A DNA stretch of 64,000 bases from Monocercomonoides exilis PA203 (Eukaryota; Protista; Preaxostyla), in the NCBI GenBank assembly GCA_001643675.2, contig LSRY02000055.1, forward strand, positions 496,001 to 560,000, read 5' to 3'. A model generated the notes under the pieces. The model searched no databases, was not told where the DNA came from, and saw only the letters and a program-made list of their open reading frames with translations. Of this stretch, positions 37,901-48,719 are shown piece after piece (position 1 is the first letter of the stretch; the number at the start of each line of letters is the position of its first letter). The position numbers were made by a program, and so were the translations under genes.

Positions 37901-40508
37901 TTCTTCTTCTTCTAATTTAACTTATTCTTTCACTTCTCATTCTTCCTCTTCTTCTTCTTCCTCCTCCTCCTCCTCCTCTTCTTCTTCTTCTTCTTCTCTT
38001 TCTCCTTCTTCAAATTCTTCTTCTTCTTATTCGAATTTATATTCTTCTCATCCTTTTGCAACCATTTCATTAGTTTACACATCATCTTTATCTTCTTCTT
38101 CTTCTTCTCTCCCTTCTTCTTCACATTCTTCTTCTTTATCATCTTCTTCTTTTCATAATTTCAACATATCACACAGCTTTTTTTCCATCTTTCTTTTCGT
38201 CTCCTACTTTGTATTGACATTTGATTTCTTTGTTTGAACTTCTTCTTTTTCTTCTCCTCCTTCTTCTTTTGTCAATTTGACATGTTTCATGTCATTTTGA
38301 TTTGACATGTCTGTTTTCAACTGAGTTGCGGAATTATCTCCGGAAAATATTGAACGTCCCCGAACGGGGGAATTTATTTTTGGTGATTTTTTTATTTTTG
38401 AATTATTTGAAGAAGAAGGAGGAGGAGGAGGAGGAAGAGAAAGAAATGAGTATGAAAAGAATCAAATGAAGAAGAAGAAGAAAAAGAGGAAGAATAAGAG
38501 GAAGATGTGTTTGAGGAAGAAGAATGAATGAAATTAGAGGAAGAGGAAGAGAAGGACTGGTTTGTTGGTAGATGGAAGAGATGAAGAGAGAGAGCGAATA
38601 AAAAGTAGAAGGTGAAAAAGGGATGAATGTAATGGCATGTTCTGCGTCTGATGGAGCACAGATTCATTCTAATTTGCACAGACAAGCAAATAGAGATGAT
38701 AATTGTATTTGAAGAAGTTTGAATATTCTTCCCGCTGGAAAATTGTGATTGAGGAGGGTTCTATTTCTTGTTGTATGCTTGCCAACGTGTGGGACCTTCT
38801 TCTGATGTTTGCGATGGATTTTTTCCGTTTCTGCATTAGCGGCTAAGCCGGTAACTTCTTCGGTATTCCATTGGGTGCGGTATCTTCTGCAAGGTGACAT
38901 CGAAAGGGAGATTGGAAACTCCCAATTTCGTCCTTTTTCGTTAAACTGCTTCACATGCACCTGTGCTCCCTTCTTCTGATTCTGTGCATTTGACATCTGC
39001 TTGGCCTCTTGCATCTCAAAGTTCTGAACATAACTTTGCCTTTCCTCTTCGCGCCAGGTGGAAGGAGAACATGAATAACTTCTTGGTTGTCTTTCGCAAG
39101 TCCAAGAGCTTCTTTTCATTCAGAAGTTTCTCACTTTTCCCCGCTAAAACAAGAAGTTTTGACATCTGTTTTCTTTCTCATCAGAGGCGCATTCCGAAAA
39201 TGATAATGATATTTTTTTCAACTGTAATTAATGAAACGTCGAAGCGGGCGAAAGTGTCTTTCTCAGATTTGTATTTTTCATCTATAAAATACCATTCAAA
39301 TAATTTGTCATCTTTGGAAAATGTTGTATGTTTTGTGAGTTCATATCCAATTTAAACGTTCAGACTGCATTTATGCATTTCTTCCGTTCAATAATTCACA
39401 ATTGGTATGAAAGCTCCATTATGAAAAAATTGCTTTTGTAACATTTTCTATATATGTTCAATAAGATTCAGTTAAAAATCTATCCGATTTTGCTCTTTCA
39501 GAACAAATGTTAATTGCCTGTTGACGAAACTTCCAAACTCTAAAAAACGGGATTTCTCAGCACTATTGCACTTCTCATCTGATAGAATTATTCGGTTGTA
39601 ATGATTAATATCCTTTTTCTGCATTTTTCCAATGTTAGTGAATCTGAGTTCCCACTTTGGAGAATTGAAAAATTAACCAATATAATTTGAGAAATGTTGG
39701 AATTAAGTGGATCGACTTGCTTTCGAGAAAATATCATCAAAGGAGCTGGAAAATGTTCAAATGCAAAATTTTCTTTGTCCAACTGCAAAATTGAACAATT
39801 ATTTTTTAAAAAAAAATAACATATAAACCTTAAACCTTCATTTATCCTCTTTGTCAATACTCTGATCTCATTACAAATTGGAATTTACATCAAGGAGGAA
39901 TTGAGTATCATTTGAACAGATTTGACAATAAAATGAATGAAAACGATAAAAACTGATATTCGCATAATCATGATTTTTCAACAAGTATATTTAAGATAAT
40001 ACTTATCGAGCAACAACTTTGCTTTGTATCAAGTTTGTTTAAACGCGATTAATGCAATTTCATGAAAAAAACATTTTTAAATTAATCAAAAAACAACATT
40101 CTAAATATTAATGAATGTTATAATGGGGCAAAGCTGTAAAAAAAATTGAATGCACCATTTAATGGTATTGAGATTTAACATATTATTTGAATTAAGCCTC
40201 TGCGACAGATTGACATTTTTTAAACAACTCGACAAGTCGACCGACACAATAAATTCCTCTCTTTAATTCATTTTTCATTTATTTTCTTTTTTCATTGCCA
40301 ATCAAAATTATAGATTAAAAAATATTGAACTGTTTTTTTTATTAAATCAATTAAAAAAATTTATGAATTATGAAAATCTTAAAAATTTTTTCACAAAATT
40401 TTTATTTATTTAAAATTCAAATTTAATAGTGGGCTATTGACAGATCTTTGTCGAGATCAGTCGAGTTGTTGAAAACAGAAAAAATGACTGTTTATGTTTG
40501 ATTATTTC

Positions 40509-40910
40509 GGAAAGATTGCTCATATGCGGACCCTTTTGATCATAGAACCATAATAATATTTATAGGGTTTAAATAAATTCTTTTACTGTCTTTTGTAGTT
40601 GTTTTAGGGTTAGGGTTATCACAAAATTCTTCTTTAAAAAGTTGTTATAGGCAGTAGGGTTGTGTCTCAAATCTTCTTTTTAGGGTTTTGATGTGAAAAG
40701 TGATGTTTTTAATTGACCAAACTTTTTGGGTTAGGGATATAGATAAAAGAATACGTGAAAAAAGAACATTTTGGGGTGCAGAAATAGCACAACAGGTTAG
40801 GATGTTAGGACAGCACGAGAAGGATGCGGGTTTGATTCCTCCCGCATTCTTCATTTTTTTTTTGCAAAAATAATTAAAAATTGAAAGGTCCGCATAAGTG
40901 CATTCTTGCC
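40509..40910 (+). mobile_element. 402-bp Merlin-like MITE (GG...CC ends, 8-bp TSD) with TTAGGG motifs and a Pol III-type unit, nested in element B
   Basis: TSD ATTATTTC at 40501-40508 and 40911-40918. 24-bp TIRs GGAAAGATTGCTCATATGCGGACC / GGTCCGCATAAGTGCATTCTTGCC (4 mismatches). Confidence 0.85.
40773..40863 (+). ncRNA. Putative Pol III-type small RNA unit (tRNA-derived)
   Basis: A-box-like TAGCACAACAGG (40785), B-box-like GGTTTGATTCC (40829), 12-bp hairpin GAAGGATGCGGG/CCCGCATTCTTC, then T10. Confidence 0.5.
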
Positions 40911-42299
40911 ATTATTTCTCGCTTTCTAATTGGGAGATATGTTTAAACTTCAATGTCAAATTTTTTGTTCATATTTGATTCTTTCTTGTTTTGATCTCTT
41001 GTTATGAGGTAATGCAAAAAAGGAAAAAACTTCGTTTCAAATTTACATTTTTCAAACTGCTATTTTTGTTCATCACTTTGAAGAGGAAATGGTGTTTAGT
41101 GTTTTTCAAACAATCCTCGTTTATTTTATTTTGTTTCAAATACTTTGAACAAATAAAATAACGTTGTTTCAATCAAAACATAATACTGTCGTGACAATGG
41201 AGAAAAATGATGAAGTTTTTGTGTGAAAACTTTCATTATAACAAATTGAAGGAAAAATCTTAAGTTCCAATAAAAGGATTTTTAAAAAAAAGTTATATGA
41301 ATCCTTTTCGAGAACATAAAACATTGAAATTGATAAGCAAAAAAAAGTGAATGATAAAAGTTCCTTCAATTTCGAAATGTGCAGAGTGCGAAGCATCGAT
41401 CGAACGAACTTTATTTGTGAGCTGCGATGAACATTTGGAAACTGCAACTGTGACGAAGGAGCATATAAAGTTGAATGCAAAACAAAAGATGATTGGGGAA
41501 ATGAAGATTGTGGAAGAAATAATGCAGTCCGAAGGTGGAAGGAATACTTCATTGACATGAAAGAAACAGTTTGACAGAAAAGAAAAGCAAAAGAGGGGAA
41601 GAAGGAAAATATTTCATAAAATAGGGAAGAAAGGTGCGAATTTAAATGGAAACGAATGATTAGCGAATGACAGAAGATCGTTGCATATTAATGCCTGCCG
41701 GGAGGAGTAATTTTGGATAAGCCTATTGAAATTTGAACAGTTGTGCCTCTTCAAATTGTACCTTTGACATCTTAGCGAGATGAAAAACACACAATGGTGT
41801 AAGTGTGATGCAAAGAATATGAGATTGGGTTGATTTCTCTGATGCATATGTGACATATCATGATGAAAGGTTTGTGTTGGTTGAACACAGCTTCTCTCTG
41901 TAGCTTCGCAGGTAGCTTTATCTGTGAAAAGATGAATGCTGAATCTTTTTTAACATGGGCATCCAGATAGTGCTTGTTAGCCTCTTTTTTCACAGCAACC
42001 TTGTTCCTATCGCATCGCATGTGTTCATCCTCTTCTCATTCTTTCCATTCTGTTTCTTCTCAGTCTTTGGTGTCTTATGGATCAGCATTCGAATCACTTT
42101 TTCATCTCCAATCTGTTGCTGTGCGTGGAGTGTGCCATGCGAATCGCTATCTTGTTCGACTTGAGCTTCTGTATTCAAGTCAACTTCTTTCTCTTTTCAA
42201 TTGAGACAGATGTATTCATCTTTGTTCTTTCTATATTGCAAAGAAAGTATTTTGAAAAAGTGAATGAAAATTGTTATTAATAGGAGATAAAGAAAACAA

Positions 42300-43600
42300 T
42301 GAAGTTATGGAGATTGCCTTTGCCTAGTTTGCATTTTCTATCTGCAACAACCCATTATGAATGTTTATCAGCTCTGTCTAAAATTCTGCTTTCGTTGAGT
42401 GTTCATTTCCAAAAGACATGTTCAAATAGCTTATCTGCATCTCTCCAGTTTCAGTAATCTCAAACAGCCTTGACACATCGTTATTTGAATGAACCAAATC
42501 ATGCACAAGAACAAAATTCCTGACAATAAATATATTTGTTGATACCAAAAAAATAGACAAACCAGATGCTTCATATTCCGTTTGAAATGTTGAGCTTTAA
42601 TCACTTTGGCTTCATATCTATTTACTATTAGTCCAACATTCCACGAATTTGGCGTGTGTTATTGTTCCAGAAAATGCTTGGACATTAATAACCAAGAATG
42701 GAATCATCAAAGAGAGACAGTGGCTGATTGTGCAGCATGTGCGGTTTTCTTCCCTTCCTCATGCATATGAATCAATGGAATTGAGTTCGGTTTATTCTGA
42801 GGAGATTTGTCAAATGATTCTTAAATCGTTTCACAGCCATTCACTTTTATCAATGAAGGAATCTTAACTTGAACTAACTCTGTTTCCTGTTTGTCTAATA
42901 AAATAGCAGGTGGAATAAATGTTATTTGCTGCAGAATTTCGAAGAGCAATGTCATGTACTCCTTTCATCCATGTATAATTGTTGAAGAAATTGTAATAAA
43001 ATAAAATCCCATTATTATTCGAATTTTTTATTTGGAACACATCGTGTGCTCCACACGTTGAATAGCAAAGGAAAAACAGGAAATATGAAATAACGGCACG
43101 GTCCGTTTGTTTCAATATTCAACTGCTCAAAATCTTCTATCCATTGAACTTTTTGTAAAATGAAATATAATTCATGAATAAATAACTAAGTATTTCTGAT
43201 CTATTTTCATAGAGAACGAACATCAATAGTTCCTGTATCTGTGCCTGAAAAATATTCCAAAACAATAACAGACCATTGACTGTTCGTGTATATTTTCTAA
43301 TAAAATTCATATGACTCTGTAGTCAAAAATGGCAAGAAAAGAGCATTGTGCATAAATTGAACAGATCGCAACGCATTTTGTTATTTTCCACACATTTTTT
43401 TTCCGTTTCTCTTAGTACAAGAAGCATGATATATATTACCAAAATGCATGTTCAACAGTCAGAATAGTTTATGCATCGTAATGAACATTGAAGGCTCATT
43501 TGCAAGATGATGAGCAATTTTAACATTCGCAATTTGATATGATTCTTTCTGATGTAATCATTTGCTCATTTCTTCAAGCGTTATTCTATGTTTTTTTCTG
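42300..43600 (-). pseudogene. Decayed surface-receptor family fragment inside element B
   Basis: 'YFLFFLCYSTCGAHDVF' and 'SRLFEITETGEMQISYLNMS' resemble ectodomain modules of the 13-22 kb gene. Confidence 0.5.
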
Positions 43601-46360
43601 GAAAAAAGAAAATAATCGTTATTTGTCCCATTTTATCTAAAATATTATCAATAAGAAAAAAAGGGAAATATGAATTAATACATTGTTCCTTATTGTTGAA
43701 ATAAGATAAATGTGAAGGATTTTTCGTATCATGCACATGAGAATGAAAGATTGTTGAATGAAAAGAAATAACAAAAAATAAATCAATAAGAAAATTGATC
43801 AAAATATAATATTTTAAATTTCTCTCAAAAAATCAAAAAATTTCCTCATATTTCATTAAACAACACTGTTTTTTTTTTTTAATGAAGATTAAAAAAAAAA
43901 AAATTTATAATATATTTTAAGCTCTCAAAAATTTATGCAAAATAAAAATATTGGTAAAATTTAAATCCTCTTATTTCTCGACAAAGACTTTTCAGCTCGA
44001 CCGACAAATAACTTGATAATTTTTTGTGTCGCAGAGGCTTACTGTAAAATGAACAAGAAGAAAGAAATTTTTGAGTCACAAACAAAATAAAATGAATTTG
44101 GTTAAATATTCACAAAATATTCAAAAATATTTTTTGATAATTCACGATAAAAAATATTTCTATAAGAAATTACTCCATGAAAGCTAATGAAAAAGTCTTC
44201 TTATCCTTTTTCTTCCATCTCATCAAATATTTTTCATTATTAATTCTATTCTTTTCGTTTCATCAACCTCCTTTTCATCTTTCTCTTTTTCTTTTTATCG
44301 CCTTTTAATGTTCATCAAAAAAAGGAAAGAATACTTAAGTCATTATGTCATTTAATGTTTGCTGTTGAGTCTCCTTCAAAATAGAATCGACTGCTCCAAT
44401 TTTCAACAATCCTTCAACTTTTGCATCTCATTTTTTCGCAACATTTCTCAACAAATAGATTCATCTCTCGCTTAAATCTTTGTGATTTTCCTTTGCAGCA
44501 CTAAATGCCCAAGCAATGCCCTCAACAAGCCCAATAAATTCTTCATTCCATAAGTTGCATAACCGAAGAAAATTTACAATGTTTGGAACCATCTCATCAA
44601 AACGCACTTTTATTTCGTTTCTTTTCCCTTTTCCTCTTCTTTCTTTTTCCAATTCACCCACTTTGTCAGCTCTTCCAGCTCTCTTATTTCTTCTCTCGAT
44701 AAATGCAGCTCTTTCGCAACAACAACTTCCAGTTCTCCTTTCATGCACGATCTGCTTTCAAAAAACTGTCACTCTGTCTGATATGAGAGTCTTGTTTGAT
44801 TGTTGTATTTTTTTATTTATTGGATAATCTCTAAAAAATAATCTTGGAAAAGTTCACTCCACGTTTCCAAAAAAAATTGAAAGAAATTCCTTAATATCAA
44901 AAATAAATGGAAATGTTCACACATCATATTCATTTTAACAATTCAATGATAACAAAGCAGATTAAACATCCTTTTGAACTTCCTCTTTTCCCTCTTTCTT
45001 CAAAGAAACATTCAGAAGACCAGAAATGCAAATAGAAAGCAATTTAAAAAAAAACCTACTGCAAAGCAAAAGATAACATACACAGAAATAAGAAAGAAGA
45101 TTTTCGCTCTTCCCTTCTTTTTTCCTTCGTCAGCAATCATCCTCTCATATCTTTTGTTAAACAAAGATTGGTCAAAAATTTTAATTAGTTCATTTTTCTC
45201 AGAACTGTGATATCCCATATGTTTTAACAGCAAAAACAGATTCTCCAAAATATTTTCTTTTCTCAAATCATTTTGTCCATTTTATTGAACAGTTCTTTTG
45301 CGAAAATAGATTTATATTCTTCTTTGTTCATTCCATCCATCGCTTCTTTCATTTCAAGAATTATCTGTTTCCTTTCTCTTCAGTTCAGCGTTCAAGCTTA
45401 GAAAACAATTTCAAATAAAAAACAAAGAAAGAAACACAATAATCAAGAATTTTTGAATAATAATAAAAGCAAACCATATAACATTCATTATATACACATA
45501 TATTTTGCATTTTCATCATTGATTTCATTCAGGAAACAACATCGTTTAATCATGAAAGTTGAATTTGAATATGCTTGGATTCAATAAATTGAAGAAAAAT
45601 CGAAACTCAAAGTGTTAATGACATCAAAAATGTTGACACTATTTTTTTATGTTTAAATATGATCAACAAAACATTTTGTTAGAAAATTTTGTTTTATAAT
45701 TATTTTTTGGCTACAATGGATAAAATGATCATTTAATGGAAACATGTTCATAAATTAAAGACAATATTCGTATTAAATATTAACACTTATGATTATATTT
45801 ATTACAATTTTTTTTTAGGTGACCGATAGTAACAAAAAATTGCATGTCGTGTCGCACAGGTCTTGTCACATGAAAATGAGACAACTTTGCAGAATAAAGA
45901 AAAAAAATATTTTCAAATTTCGGAGAAACCCTGAGTCATAATAATCTCCAAGTTCTTCCGAAAATTAAAAACGATAAGTTTTTTATTCATGGAAGCAAGT
46001 TGTTTCATTTTTGTATAATTTATAAGTTTGCATTTATTGATGGAATAATTGGACTTATTATCTTTTTGTGACAATAAATAATAGTTGAGATAATGCTAGT
46101 GTCCGCAGTCATTAAAAGAGTTCACTATTATCAACACTCACTACAATAATACATTTTTCTTATCTCAATATTCAAACGAAAATTTCAATATGAATTTCTT
46201 TCTGACGAAAAAATTATGGACTTAAAAATCATCCGTGTGAGGTCACAAAACACTATGTTTCGATTTCACTTGTGACTGTACAAAAATATAAGAATTCATT
46301 TTATTTTGAATCTGAGAGAGTTATGAAATGTTATGAAAAATTCAGTCTCAAAAATGATTT

Positions 46361-46628
46361 GGGAGAAAATACAGATGTTCAAGCTTTTTTTGAACAAAGC
46401 ACAAAAAAATTACTTCACTCATTGCTTTATTTCGCTTTCGCAGAATTCAAAATAAATATGATTTTCATATATTTTCACATGCTTCATTGAAATCAAATCA
46501 TAAAGTTTTCCAACATTTCACGAATGTCAAAAAATGGACCCATTTTTATTGTGTTTTTTGATCTCAAAAAATCAAAGAAAAAAAAATAATATTTCAATGA
46601 AAATGGCTGAAGTTCAATATTTAGTCCC
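46361..46628 (-). mobile_element. Second full-length (268 bp) copy of the GGG-ended MITE, inverted
   Basis: ATTT|GGGAGAAAATACAGATGTTCAAGC ... GGCTGAAGTTCAATATTTAGTCCC|ATAT. Both ends match 22919-23185 and the length agrees. Confidence 0.75.
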
Positions 46629-46643
46629 ATATTTTTACTATAT

Positions 46644-47270
46644 CAAAAGATGTTGAATAATAATTTTTTGTTCAACTAAAGTTGCATTTCAATTCTTTCC
46701 GATTTTTTCCCAAAAAATTTTTATTTTCTGACAGACTGCTGCTTAATGCGATGCCATTATCAACAAATAAATAATTTGAAAAGATTATTTTTATTAATAC
46801 ATATAACACTCGAATGCTTATCCAAAATGAATTAATTATTTCTGGAAACTTCCTTTTTATCTGTCAAAAGGGATTAATATCATCATCATATTTTGATCTG
46901 ATTGTTTTTGCATTTTCACTTTATTAGTGTCATTTGGAAAATATAGAGATGTTGCTGTGGTTCGTTGTGTCGAGTTCCATTTTTCAGAAAATTATGAGAA
47001 ATTGGTAAAATAATCAGATCAATCAAAAAGTAGACATTTTCACCTTTGAACAGATAAAAAGGAAGTTTCCAGAAATAATTAATTCATTTTGGATAAGCAT
47101 TTGAGTGTTTTGTGTATTAATAAAAATTAACTTTTCAAATTATTATTTTGTTGATAATGGCATCGCATTAAGCATCTGTCAGCCAGAAAATAAAAATTTT
47201 TTGGGAAAAAATCGGAAAGAATTGAAATGCAACTTTAGTTTAACAAAAAATTATTATTCAATATCTTTTG
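46644..47270. repeat. Foldback element with ~220-bp inverted arms
   Basis: 46644-46864 versus 47050-47270 reverse complement with scattered mismatches; ~185-bp spacer. Confidence 0.88.
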
Positions 47271-48719
47271 TTATTATGAAATCATAAATTAAGTTCCATT
47301 TGTTTTTGAAATTGTGAAAAATTAATAATAAAAACATTTAGCCCTTGAATCTGATAATGGTGATGTTGGGTTTATTTTTCATTTTTCTTATTGGATCTGT
47401 CAAACACTAAAAAGATATTGAAAAATGTGTTGAAGAACTCGACAATACTCATATTATCGAAAAGAAAATATCTTAGTCATTTCCATCTGTGTCGATTATT
47501 CACTTTTTCATTTTTCATGTTAAATGAGATAAATGAAGGGGAAAAACAGATTGAAAAGAAATAATAATTTTGAAATTAAAAATGGTGAATATGTTTACAA
47601 TGATAACATTTAAAACAACAGAAACACAAAGCTTGCGGGAATACAAGCATGTCTTTGATCATAAAAATAAAACAAAAACATTATTTTGAAGATCTTTTTG
47701 AAAAGATAGAAATGATAAAAATTAATTTTCACAAACAATGTTACACAACATTTCAAAGTTATTTGCGTATATATTATGTGTGATTATTTTTGAAAAAATA
47801 TTTCTTTCAAACAAAAATTTTGGTTCAAAAATGTCTCTTGAAAAAAACAACAGTACACTGAAGAGTGAAAAGGCTTATTCAAAACGTTTTTATCCTTTAT
47901 TTCACTCAAACATTTGAATATAAAAACAAGTTTTAAACTTTTTCTCTAATGAAAAAAAATAACTTTCAAAAAATTAACAATCTTTGAAAAATCAACACCC
48001 CGAAAAAAGATATGATTTCAAAAATAATCACCCATTAATTAATATGGGTGATTTTTTTTGATATCATAAAAAATAACGAAGTTTGATCATAAAAAATTTT
48101 CATAAAGGGTGAGGTTGATAAGATTAATTTTATTTGAAATTGCATGAAAATATAGATCAATATATTATTATTATTAATTCTTTGTTGATTTTAATTTGTT
48201 TCCAATTGTTTTTATTTCAAATATCTCTGAATAAAAATAATTTCAAAAAAAAATTTCGACAATTCAATAAACGTTATAAAACATAAGTTTTCTTGTTTGA
48301 AAATGATATAAACAATTTATAAAATACGTAATCAATCAATTTTTTATATAAATATAAGTTTTATGATGTTATTGCAAAGAAATTTTTAAATTAATTTTAA
48401 AGATCTCAAAACATTTGTTGAATTTTATCAATTCACATTAACACTTACGCAAAAATATAATAGTAACATAAGACACTCATCAAGTAATCAACTGTTTGTT
48501 GATAAATTTGTTTGTAAACAAATAAACTTAGAAATATTTAATTATTATCTAAATATCAAACAAAGTTTAAGATAAATAAAGAAAATTTAAAAAAATGAAA
48601 AGAAACTCGTCAATTTTTGCTTTTTCCACTTAAAAAGCTTCTATCGCACGAACATCTTCATTTTATCTTCCTCTCTTTGTTTCTCCTCTGATTCTCTCTA
48701 TCTCCTTCTCATCAATAAT

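Larger units (their letters stand above)
40195..44039. mobile_element. Non-autonomous TIR DNA element, copy B (3845 bp), same family as 3226-7185
   Basis: TA|AGCCTCTGCGACA ... TGTCGCAGAGGCT|TA. Shares CTCGACAAGTCGACCGACA and GACAGATCTTTGTCGAGATCAGTC on the left, and TCGACCGACA 20 nt before the right TIR. Confidence 0.8.

Noticed and set aside
33928-40740. Telomere or chromosome-fusion relic
   Set aside because: The TTAGGG motifs are dispersed, not tandem, and are confined within two TSD-bounded elements.
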